Source: Strigamia acuminata
Lineage: Eukaryota
Direction of reading: 5' to 3'
Assembly: GCA_949358305.1 (NCBI GenBank)
Contig: OX442314.1
Coordinates: 27,776,001-27,840,000 of the forward strand
DNA length: 64,000 bases
The notes beneath the pieces are model-generated. The model was not told where the DNA came from. It did not search any database and worked only from the letters and a program-made list of their open reading frames with translations. The position numbers and the translations under genes are program-made. Shown here piece by piece: positions 36,201 through 48,200 of this stretch. The first letter of the stretch is position 1. Every line of letters starts with the position of its first letter.

Positions 36201-39200
36201 AATTACATTATATCTGAGTGAACCAACAAGATATGTGGTAAATATTCAAGAAAATGACACATTATATATGCCCAACATTATTGCATGTATGGACGGACCC
36301 TTAACAACACGATACAGGAACCGATATGCCAAAATTACAGGCATTCCAGAATGCAAAATTCACTTTGTTGATTTAATGAATACAACTATCAACAGAAAAA
36401 AGCCATCAATGGAAGATGTATGGCGCTATCAAACACCTATAATGGACACTGTTTCCATGGAGACTGCAGCAAGTGTAAGTGTATGGTCTGATGTCCAAAA
36501 GTGTAAAAGAACAGTAATCGTTGTCTTTATGACATGAAATCCTGGTTCTTAACCTTTGTAGCAGTTGGCAACCCTTGACTTTTGCAGTCTCTGCTCACAG
36601 CTGACCAAAGGAAAATATTTTTGAACTAAGTTTTTACTGGTGTTACTTAACCACTTCTGAAGTAGCTTTGTACCCCCAGAATATCTATCTTGCACCCCCA
36701 GGTGGTTGTGACGATTGTACTTTTGGCTGAATATACAGTATTAGCTTTTAAAGATAAACCTAACCTACAGAGATAGACTAAAACTGTGTGCTAACAAGGG
36801 GAGTGCACCAATATGACTCTTCAGTCATGACCAAAATTTTTGAGGAATTTATTTACCTTAAACAGGTCCCCAAATGTTTTTATGCCATAAACAAGCAGAA
36901 CAAGCATGAACAAGCAGTTATTTTAATGTTTGTAATTTTATATTTGTTAAAAAAGTAAAATTAATTAAATTAAAATTTTCTGATAAATATAAATATAAAT
37001 ATAAATATAAAATTACAAACATTAAAATTACTGCTAAAAATAAATAAAAAAATTAAGTAAAAATTTTCACACACATCAGGATTTGAATCTGTGTGGAAAG
37101 ATACCTAGTCCATTGCTTTAACCACTGGACCACCACTACAAACTATTGTTGTCTTCATGAAAACAGTCATGTTGGTGAACAAAGTTCTGATGTCATGACA
37201 TCATTGAATCTCAAATGATGAAATGACATCATTGAATATCAAATGATAAAATTCAACCTGGATCTTGGAACTATTTTTTACCTAGCAACAGTTGTTTACA
37301 ATATTCCTCCACAAGCCTAATTACTCCCAAAAGTGCACTATCACCATAGAAAGAGTCCGAATTTAATGTTTGATTTATTTCATTCTGCCTGTTCATGGCA
37401 TAAAAACATTTGGGCAGCTTATTTACCTGTTTGAGCTAAATAAATTCCTCAAAAATTTTGGTCATGACTCATGACCAAAGAGTCTTATTGGTGCACTCCC
37501 CTTGTAAGTGAATAACAGAATAATACGAACAAACAATGTACAGGTAACGTGATTATGTTTATTATAGAGTACGACTGGGTTCTCGGTTCTGGGCACGTGT
37601 AAACAGGCAGCATCGTCTAGTTGAGGATCTGGACGGGCCAAGGGATAGGGCTGGATTCGCGGCATCGTCACAATAACATTACATGGCCGTATTCGGCCAC
37701 GTGGCTAAAATGCACAAAGATGCGGAGAATCCTCTGCATTTACCGAGATTTATAACATCGATTATTCAATTGACGGAATCGTGATTCGAACAATACTAAA
37801 CTATAAAAATATAACAAATAAACGTTAGATATTATTCCATATTAATATTATTAGCGGGGTCAGTCACGATGGTTTTAAGGCCATCGCGGGAGGTTATTAC
37901 ACCCCCATCCGCCACATAGTCATAACAACTAAGAGCCATGACGGTCGTAGAATCATGAATGATCCATGGCTGGGAGGATTTATTGTCCGGGTATTCCTTC
38001 CCGCATGATAACAGTATAACACTTTATAAATACAACAGCAATTCAATTACTCGGGCGAGCTATTGCCGGAACACACAGACTATCCAGTATGCTAGTGCTA
38101 GATCAAACTAGTCCTTTCTACTAAATTCAATCATTTACAGGATAATTGTGCATAAAATGTATTTTCTTAACAGAACATGGGAATAAAAGCAAATGCATCT
38201 TGGAGCAAAATAGCTATGCACACAGGAACATGCTATCAATCTCGAATAGGTAATTAAAAATTTTTACAAAAATTATAATTGTATAACAATTACTACCGTC
38301 TTTCCCCGAATATAACACCATGGTGATGTATTCGAATATAACACCACCCTAGTGTTGTATTCGTATACAACACCATGGTGTTGTATTCGTCAAATAACAT
38401 GTAAGTTTGTAAAAAAAAATTGTTTCCCAAATTGATTTATAAACATGATAGCCTCTCTCTCATTGGCATCAGCATACACATATGAAACAGGTCGCGAGTT
38501 CACTGTAGCTTCCACTTCGCACAAAGTGTGGTTAGTTCTTCAAAGGTTAACACACGACGCCCCAAAATTTTCTTTAGTGATACTTTAACCGTTCTCACCA
38601 TCCTCTCCCAAAAACCCCCCCACCATGCTGCCCGCTCAACAATAAACTTCCACGTGATATGTTGTTGATCGAATGGCCCCCGTCAAGACTCTCAACTCAG
38701 CATCGGCCCTCTTAAACGTTTTGGCGTTGTCTGAATATATTATTTCTGGTACACAGCGACGAGCAAAAAATCTTCTCAACGCCATCATAAAATCTTCGGT
38801 ATTCATCGAGGACACTAATTTTAAATGAATGGCTCTTGTCACTGCGCAAGTTTTGAGAGCAATATAACACTTGTTTCTGGTACGCTGGTAAAGAGGGCCG
38901 GCAAAGTCTATCCCTACTATTTGAAAAGGGTCAGCTTTCTTGACTTGATCGATTGGCAAAGGTGCTTCTATTTGTCGCATCAAGCGTCCCTGAACCTTCC
39001 TACAAATAAAGCAATTTCGAATTATCTTTTTCACGTACAATCTCGCACGTGGAACCCAAAAACACGTTTGAACTTCCGCGAGAGTGTCGCCGAGACCCCC
39101 GTGAAAAACTCTTCGGTGTGAATCTAACACGTTCGGTCACTCGCTGTCCCCCTGGTAACACCCACGGTCCTTTGGCTTCTTTCCTAACCTCGCCCCATTC

Positions 39201-42200
39201 GACTCTCGTTCGCACGTGCAGCAGATGGTGGTCGTCAAACGCGCAGTCAACTTGGCTCAATATGGAATCTGTCTCGACTCGTCGTCCCACTTTTATCGAA
39301 TTAATTACACTCGGGAAATAACGTTGTTGTACAGCTCCAATCCAGTAACGTTCGGCGTGGAGCAGCTCGTCTAATGACAATGGTGAACCATTGCATTCGT
39401 TTTGTTTCAAATTGTCTGTGAATCGTCGCACCCACCCGGTTATGCGCAACAACCTCGTCCACGAACTGCACGTGTTTAAATCAATCAAAAGTTCCTTCAA
39501 TGGTGGTTCTTTATCAACTACGACATTGATTTGTTAGTCGGCTTTGTCTTCGAATTCGTATTCAATGTCTATTTGTGGCCAAGTGTTCTCGTTTTGTGAT
39601 AACCATTTTGGCCCCTTCAACCAAATTTGACTATCCACCATCTTTTGAGCGTCTATTCCCCGAGTGAGCAAATCAGCCGGATTTTCTCGGCCTGGCACGT
39701 GTCTCCATTCCACATCTGGAGCATTGTTGCGGATTTCTTCGATTCGTCGTGTCACGAATAAGTCTGTATGTCCGTTTATCTGCACTATCCAAGCCAAAAC
39801 AATTGTAGAGTCAGTCCAACAAACCACTCGTGATGCTGGCAATTGACTCAACCAGACCACCAGACGTGACGTCAACAAGGCACCCATCAATTCCAGACGC
39901 GGAAGCGTTATTGTCTTGACGGGGGCAATCCTGGACTTGGACAAAATAAACGAAATATGATTATTACACTCGTCTCTTGTTTTTGAATATGCGACGACTC
40001 CGTAGGCCAACGGACTTGCGTCACAAAACAAATGAATTTCCGCATTAGAATTGTCCAATCCAAATCCAATCCATCTTGGTAAATTAACATGTTGCAAATC
40101 TGGTATTTGACGTTTCCAATCGTTCCATTTCTTTTCTTCTGTTGTCGACAGTTTGTCATTCCAACCCAATCCTAATTTCCACAAACTTTAGAAAATCATT
40201 TTGCCTGTTCTAGAGAATGGGGCACAGAATCCGAGTGGATCGAAAATGCTGGCAACGAGTCGGATTACCTGACGTTTCGTTTCGCCCTCTAGTAATTGTA
40301 ACTTCATTATTTTGCTCATTTCCAAACTTAAGCAGTTTTTTTTAACGTCCCAAATTTGCCCAAAAACTTTTGTGTATTTTTTTGGGTCCTCCACACTTCC
40401 ATTCATTGCCGTCTGAACTTGGTCTGAATTTGAAATCCACTTGGTGAGTTTCAATGTGTGCCTCGCTCAAAATGGTGGTGATCTCTTGGCAGGTTCTTTG
40501 CAATTTATTCTTATCAGGTTGGCTATCAATGAAGTCATCAACGTAAAATTTATCATCTACCTGTTCCACCGTGTCTTTGAATTAATCCTCAAACTTTTTT
40601 ATACGCTCGTCAATGGTGGCGTTCAGCAGGAAAGGGCTCGGCGTCGCTCCGAACAGCACACGTGTGTATCGCAGTATTCGTAGTCGTATGGACCCCTTTC
40701 CGTCCCACTCCACGTGCAACCAAAAAATCCTCAAACAGTCCCTGTCTTCGACATGCACTTCAATCTGGTGAAACGCCTTTTCCACATCTCGGGTGGCTGC
40801 AAATATGTAAGCTCGAAAATTAATTAAAACGTTGATCAGTTCGGACAACAAATTGGGTCCCGTAAAAAGACAGTCATTTAGCGATTTATTGTGTGCCCCG
40901 TGAGATGAAGCGTCGCAAACCACACGCAACTTAGTAGTTTCACGATTTTCTTTTATGACGGGGAGTGAGGTAAATAATAACAGTTTTTTCCTTTTTCAGC
41001 TTCAAATGGCATTTTTTCTAAGATTCCCTCGGCGAGTTGAGCTTCGATCACTGCTTTATACTGTTCGTACATTTTTAAATCTTGTTTGAATTTCCTTACT
41101 AAATTCCAAAATCGTCGTAACGCTACTGTATAATTATCGGCTAACTCAGATTTATTTATGAGCCAAGGCAGCTTCACTTCGTAACGCGTCCCGTTCCAAC
41201 TTAATGAATTGCGAAAACTTGCCAGCGCCTGCATCTCCTCATCACACTTACTACTGTTGGACTCGTGTTTCATCCCGATGGCATCTAATTCCCAAAACAA
41301 TTGCAATTGTCTATCTAGTTTTTCCTCATAATTAACCAAATTGACCGGAACTATTAAACATTTGTTGTTGCCGCTCGAAATCCGTTCGACCCGTGGATCG
41401 TCCACCCGAACAATGTGTCCAAACCCACCAAACCGGACCCCAGTCTTTCAATTCGTCCACTAACTATCTGCCAAAAATAGTCCGTGCCCACCAAAATTGA
41501 TATTGCACCGCACCGTCACTGAACCAAATTTTCCTCAATTTGTATCCCGCGTTCGTTCAGCATGGCACGCACATCCTCGTGAACGGGTTTCGCTACGGAG
41601 CTCGTTATCCACGGCACGACGATGGCGTTGACCTCGATCCGTCCCTCCTTCCCGTTCCTCGCTCGAAGTGTGATTTGCACCTGCCTACGAATTGTTGATT
41701 TTGAGCTTTGTTCTCCGAATGGTGTGATGGTCATTTTTTGCTGGCTGGTCTCGGGCGCGTCCAATTCGTCGGCCAACTTCTCGGTGATGAAGGTTCGGTG
41801 GCTGCCACCATCAAAAAAACACTGTACCGTCTTTTGTCTCGTCTCTGACTCAACATCCACCATCAGCACCTGGAAATATAATTCATTTTTGTTAACTTCC
41901 AGCACGGCTGTTGACTTGGCTTTCTCCGTGTCGTTGTCCTCGCAGATCTGTGTGTGATGACGCCGATTGCACCTCTCGCATCTTTTTTTTGCTGCGCATT
42001 TGGTCACTCAATGCCCTTTGTCGAAGCATAAAAAGCACCGCCCCGCTCTCATCAAATTTCTCCGTTTTTTGTGGGACAGCAGTGGGCAGGCTTCGGTTGC
42101 TTGCTCGATGACCTCGCAATAAATACATTCGTTTGTGTTGATGGCGAGTGCACCCACCGATGGCAAAGTTGTTTTCTTTTTGCTCCATTCAGTGTTTTTA

Positions 42201-45200
42201 GTGAACGGAGGTCGACTCGATTTCCTTTCCTCTTGGTTCAATTCTTTGCCATAATTGTTGGCGGCTGCTGTTCGTTCCCTCAACCCGATTTGTTTATTTA
42301 AATACGCGAGGAAGGCTTTGATATCCGTTTTGACGTCATTATCGTGGCGATCTGGGCGGTAATGGCCTGCTGGTTTAACAACATCTGGGCGACAATTGCG
42401 TCCTCAAGCTTTTTTGGTTGGCTGCCGCTGTTGCCTCGTTTGCTTGACCCATCTCGGCTCTTCGTATTTCCTCTGCATGCTGAGTCAAATCCTCCGTTTG
42501 ATCGATTAATCGTTTTTGATAAATATCCGCCGTTTCTCGGTCGGCCATGTAAGGTTTAAAGCGATAAATATGGAAACACATTTTGTAAAACTTTGTAAAA
42601 TTTAATTGAATTAATTGATAGCAAGCATGCGCTAACGACAAAACGATGTAACGTGATATACATAACAATGTACAATATAAAAAGGAACAGAATGTAAATA
42701 ACAGAAATCAGAACTCTAAATCATATAACGAGATGAATGAAAACATGTTACAAAATTGATGTTAAATGTATGTGAGCGAATCATCGTGGCTACTGAAATA
42801 AAAACCACAACTGCAATGAAGTTAATCGATTGAAGTTCATCCAAAATACATAACATGCTGGCGACGAGCGTAAACGGATCGAATCCACTGTTTATCGCGG
42901 TAACCCTAATGCTTACAACATAAAAATTCGAGAGTTTACATAAAGAATTACGTCTGAAATGGGCCATTGGTTATGTCGTTGTGAATGGAGAGACGAATCA
43001 AATTTCGAATGAGGAAAAACGATGGCCACGATTGAACAGACCCGCGACGAACTCAATTCGTCCATGGACTCCAAGCGTAAAAAACTGGACGACATGCTAA
43101 AACGTAAGCGCAACGAACTCGTCCTGCAAATCCAATTAGAACGGGACCAACTGCTCGCGGAAATCGTGCAAGTTTGCACCGAACAACCGAATGGTGCAAC
43201 TCGAACGAGCGAATTTACTCGTGGCGCTTGAGGAAGGATTCAAAAACGACAACACGAATCGCCTGGCGCAACTGAAGAAGAGTTTGAAACGTAAGCAGGA
43301 CGTGGACTCGAGCAACGAGAAGAACTTTGAGAAGTGGTTCACCAAATTGGCCAAAAACAAGAAATCGATTAATTACGTGGATTACTGGCGAGCTAATGTA
43401 GACAGACGTCAAACTGACGAGATTGAAAACCTCAACATGAACAGATTGCGTGTGCAAATTGCTCTAGATAGCTTAAATTTGTACACGGATATTGTGAATC
43501 AATGTCTGACATTGAGAGGCCAACAAGAGGAAATCAACCTTGTGCACGATGGAGTTCAAGAAAATCTGCTAAATGAACGAGATGACATCGTGGGAGTCAA
43601 AGGGATGTTTCAGCATGACAAAGAGAAATTATTCGAGCAAATTCGATTCAACTGTTGCGCCCATTACTTCCTTGAAAACAATTTAGGCGACAATATGATT
43701 GCAATCCGAGCGGACAACTTCGCTGTCAACATGACCTTGTACGGAAAAGGTTTACTCGACAACTCCTGTGTGAATCGCGAGCCGTATTTAGCTCCTGCCA
43801 AGCAGCCCGCCATGAATCTGGGCCAAGAACAAGAGTTTTCCATGCATGATTGGCAAAAAGTGATTTCAGCCGTCCTTAACAAAGCGTAACTAGAATTGAA
43901 CCAATCGCCGCAACTGCTTGGTGTAATAGACTGGTTTTGGAGTCATGCCGCCGAAGACTTGTACTACGAACTAAACGCCACGGAACAGGTGTTTTATAGT
44001 CGCATCGGTGAAAAGAAGGTTGTCGTCAGTCATCTAAAGTTCGAGCACCAAGTCAAAGCTATACAATTCAACATAGAAAACCTGCTCAAAACGATCGCGA
44101 AAATTGTGCGACCGCTAATTTGTGAGCAAGGTTACACAGTGCTGCAAACGAAACGACCCAACATTGAGTTTTGCATTGCTGGACTTCAAGTGGGTCACAA
44201 CTCGGATGTTGAGCAGTTAACGTACTCACTAAATAGCTTGAAGAAAAAACCGCAAGAGACTGAACACATGCTGCATAAATTAATTTGCAACAAATTGGAT
44301 GTGGTGGGTGACATAAAAGTGAAGAAAAAATTGATTTGCATCGACCAACGTGCGACCGAGGCAAAACATGTCAGCCAGAGAATCGAATTCGGCGTCGCAA
44401 CTGCGGTCGACGAACCCCAGAACCATAGGATCGAAATAGGCGAACGTTTTAGTGAGATAATCGAAATGACCAAACGCACGAGCGTCGAATTGAAGCTCGG
44501 CACAAATACGAGCTGTACAGGCGTGCGAGCATCGAGCATCCACATCGGGATTGCACAAACAACGAGATCAACGAGCAACGAAGCAACGACAACAACAACA
44601 ATAACAACAGCAACAACAACAGCAACAACAATAACAACAGCAACAACAACAGCAACAACAATAACAACAGCAACAGAAAATGTAAAGGAAATTAGCAAGC
44701 TAGATTTCCGGGGAGATGTAAGGTTTAAAGCGATAAATATGGAAACACATTTTGTAAAACTTTGTAAAATTTAATTGAATTAATTGATAGCAAGCATGCG
44801 CTAACGACAAAACGATGTAACGTGATATACATAACAATGTACAATATAAAAAGGAACAGAATGTAAATAACAGAAATCAGAACTCTAAATCATATAACGA
44901 GATGAATGAAAACATGTTACAAAATTGATGTTAAATGTATGTGAGCGAATCATCGTGGCTACTGAAATAAAAACCACAACTGCAATGAAGTTAATCGATT
45001 GAAGTTCATCCAAAATACATAACAGGCCACAGCTTCGTCATCATCGGCGATTAAATTGCTTATTCTTTCGTCTAATCCTGCCAAAATTTCCTTCTTGGCT
45101 AGGAGTTGGGCCTTGTGTCGAGCCAATTTTTTCAAATCGACCGGCACCTCAGCGAGTAGGCCGCCTGTCGCGTTAGTCAGTCGGGTGCACGCCGTTCTCG

Positions 45201-48200
45201 CGGTCGTGCGATTTTGCTTCAACTTGTCTATTTCCGAAATTTCGGCCATTTTACACGCAAAATACATTTAACACTCACGTTTAACACAATTTTTCAGGCC
45301 GGTTTAAATTAATGTTTCCGGGTTTCGGCACCATGTGAAATCCAGTAGCGCAAATGTTGTAAAGTTCTCCTTTTTGGTGAAGTAATGTTTCAGGTTTAAA
45401 AAATGTTCGGTTTTTTTCAGTGTTTGAGTTTTTCAGTGGTTGAATACAATAAATTTCTAGGTGCTCAGCAAGAGCAGCTCTCCTCGTTTAAGGTGAAATG
45501 TGTACTACTTTATTCATGTTAAGAAACGAAGTTATATGCAAAAAATAATTGGTTGTTCTCAGAAATGTGAACAAAAGACAAAAAAAAAAGTCAAAAACCC
45601 TAATACAATACAAACGTCACCACATCTGGTGAAAATTATAAATTATCAGAAAACATAACAAAGACTCACTTTTTCCCTTCAAAATTTCACAGAAAGCAAT
45701 TAAATCCCAAAATACCATCACCAATTTAATTAAAATCAAATTCATTAAAACCCTAGTTTTCACAAGCATATACACGAACGCTCACGTCCTAAAAACATTA
45801 TTTTTATTTCATCAGCAAAAAAAAAATTGGATTATATGGATCGATTTCAGTTTTTTCAAACATCCCAATCCGAAATGTACGGATAAAAATTTGGAATATC
45901 CAATCCGATTAAAAAAAACGGATTGCTTTGAGGCCATCTGAAACCGATTCAATCCAATCCGAATTCGGTTTGAATCAGATTGCATTCGATCCGACCCCAC
46001 CCTTAAATAACACTAACTTGAATTCACACATTTCTAAACAACCCTGTTTGCACCACTGCACAACACACCTTCAATAAACAAATTTGTTAAATGTGTATGT
46101 TTAATATGTAAAATCCAGTGCACGTTTCGGTAGCGTTTTGGAAGCGTGCACTGTACGTCTTTCATACTTTTCTAAAAATTCGAATATAACACCATGGTGT
46201 TATAGCTGAAGTGGTGATATATTCGAATTTTTGCTCAATGTTTACAAACTTGCCATTTTGAGCAAAACTCGAATACAACACAATGGTGTTATTTTCGGGG
46301 GAAGACGGTAGTGTAATGACATTATTTTCTTAGAACCACTAACGTATGCAGGAGTTGCTTCAGCAATATTTTTTAGTTTTCGACCGAACAAAGATCAAAT
46401 CTGTCAGCAAAATGAGTACGAGGTAATGAACACATTCCATTTGTCATCAACTCTTGAATTTTGCACGGGACTCGAATAAATACACAAGTTGCACAATACT
46501 TATCCACTGGGCGGACAAGAATCGCCGTCAAGAGTCATAGTAATTCATCATTTTGATAAATTACTAAAGACATTTGCAGTAAGCACTGAGATGAAATGTA
46601 CTGTCACGTGCATAGTTTTCATCCCTTTTCTAATTTATTAGATTTTCTCATTTTATTATTTTTCTAATTTAACCTATTTTTATTTCTATTATTTCTGCAA
46701 GTGATCTTTTATAATGTATGCGCAGATACTTCTTTGCGCATCACATTATTTTCTGATTCATCTTTAGTTCTGCCCCACCCCTGATCACAATTAACATTAC
46801 CTGCCAATCATGTGATCAGAGCTGATTTCTGGGCTAACAGGCATGTAAAATTCACTTTCTGGCTTGATTGTCGACAGAATACATCTCTCTGGAATTTCAG
46901 TTAGTTAGTCACTTTTCTTTTAAACCCTGGCACAACACAGAACCTTGGTTAAAACCCAAGTCATCTGCTAGTGCATTTAAAGGTGGATTTCACAACTGAA
47001 TAAGCCATTTCTTTGTGCCTTAAACAAGCGCACTCCATCCAATTTCTAACAGTATCGTGCCTATTTCCCCACTATGTTAAGCCATGCTTACTGATCATTC
47101 TCCATCCCTAATGAAGTTTGAGACCCGAGTCAAACCCTTTCTTTTCGGTTAGTCAACACTAACAAAACACTCAAATCTTGCATGTACAAAATAGTGTTGT
47201 AAACTTCAGCGAATTGGGATTTCTCGACCGCCTGACGTCCTTATTAAATGGCGGCCATCTTTGGGACTACCCACAAACCTGGACCCACGCGCGAACTTCC
47301 ACTTGCGCGTAGTAAAGTTATTTAAATCCACCACCAACCGGATTGAACGTGACAGTACTTACACCAGCTTGTATTTTTGTTAATTGTAGGGGTGTTTGAT
47401 CAGAATTGACTTCATGCTAAATATCAAGAATACGATAACTGTAGTTTTCTTTCTGTAGGTGTACTTTAAACAAAGCGAAGCAACAATTCCATCAATTCCC
47501 TCAATACTAAGAAGCAGAAGAAGTATTAAAAGAGACACCTTTACCATTCTCACATTCAAAATGTTTAAAGTATGTGTGCAGACAATTATTTAAACAAAAC
47601 TGCTAAATCAATTGTTTTAATTTAGACCATTCGATTAAATCTGAAATCTCAACCTTGCCTTGACCATGACAAATACATGAGATGCCAAGATGATTGCTAC
47701 GAACAAAAGATTTATAATATAATTCAGTGCAAGTGAGTATTTCTTTTTCTTTTTATATGTATGTGACATTTAGGGAGTTACTGTACGAGTGCTGTCATCA
47801 CTTTTCACACTTGTAAAAATCTGTGTTTTGGACATTAAGAAAACCAACAGATGAAATTTTTAAACTTTACGTGATGTAGTTTGCAATACATGTTATTTAA
47901 ACATTTTTAGGTTACCATTTTTGGTCAACATCAATAAGAATAATTGCACCAACTTTCAAGACATTAAAACTTCATTGGCATCGTTCATAAACAGTTCATT
48001 AACTACCGATACAATGATTGACTGCGGTTGCCATCCCCCTTGTGAAGAGCCAGTGTTTGACACATTCGTTTTCTTTCAAGACACAAATGCATGGCCACTC
48101 AACATTCTCGCTATAATTCCAATGAACAACATAATTGAAAAGTTTAAGCAAATATTATCTTACACTGAAGTTGCATTGTGCTGCGACATTGGAAATTGTT

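Larger units (their letters stand above)
38440..45800 (-). mobile_element. Decayed BEL/Pao element with multiple frameshifts, 3'-truncated
   Basis: Fragments of gag (from ~45249), zinc knuckles, protease (FFDGGS), RT (FYVDD), RNase H and integrase. tRNA-Phe PBS TGGTGCCGAAACCCGG at 45318-45333 abuts the 5' LTR end at 45334. The outer LTR boundary is uncertain. Confidence 0.88.
38296..46308. mobile_element. Pogo/Tigger-like MITE split by the BEL insertion
   Basis: TA|CCGTCTTTCCCCGAA ... TTCGGGGGAAGACGG|TA termini, with ataacacca/tggtgttat subrepeats at both ends. Confidence 0.75.

Noticed and set aside
36707..37869. Possible additional solo LTR starting tgtgacgattg
   Set aside because: I could not find a right end with both a CA terminus and a matching TSD.
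44195..44698. Poly-Val and poly-Leu ORFs on the minus strand
   Set aside because: Antisense readings of the (aca)n-like repeat.
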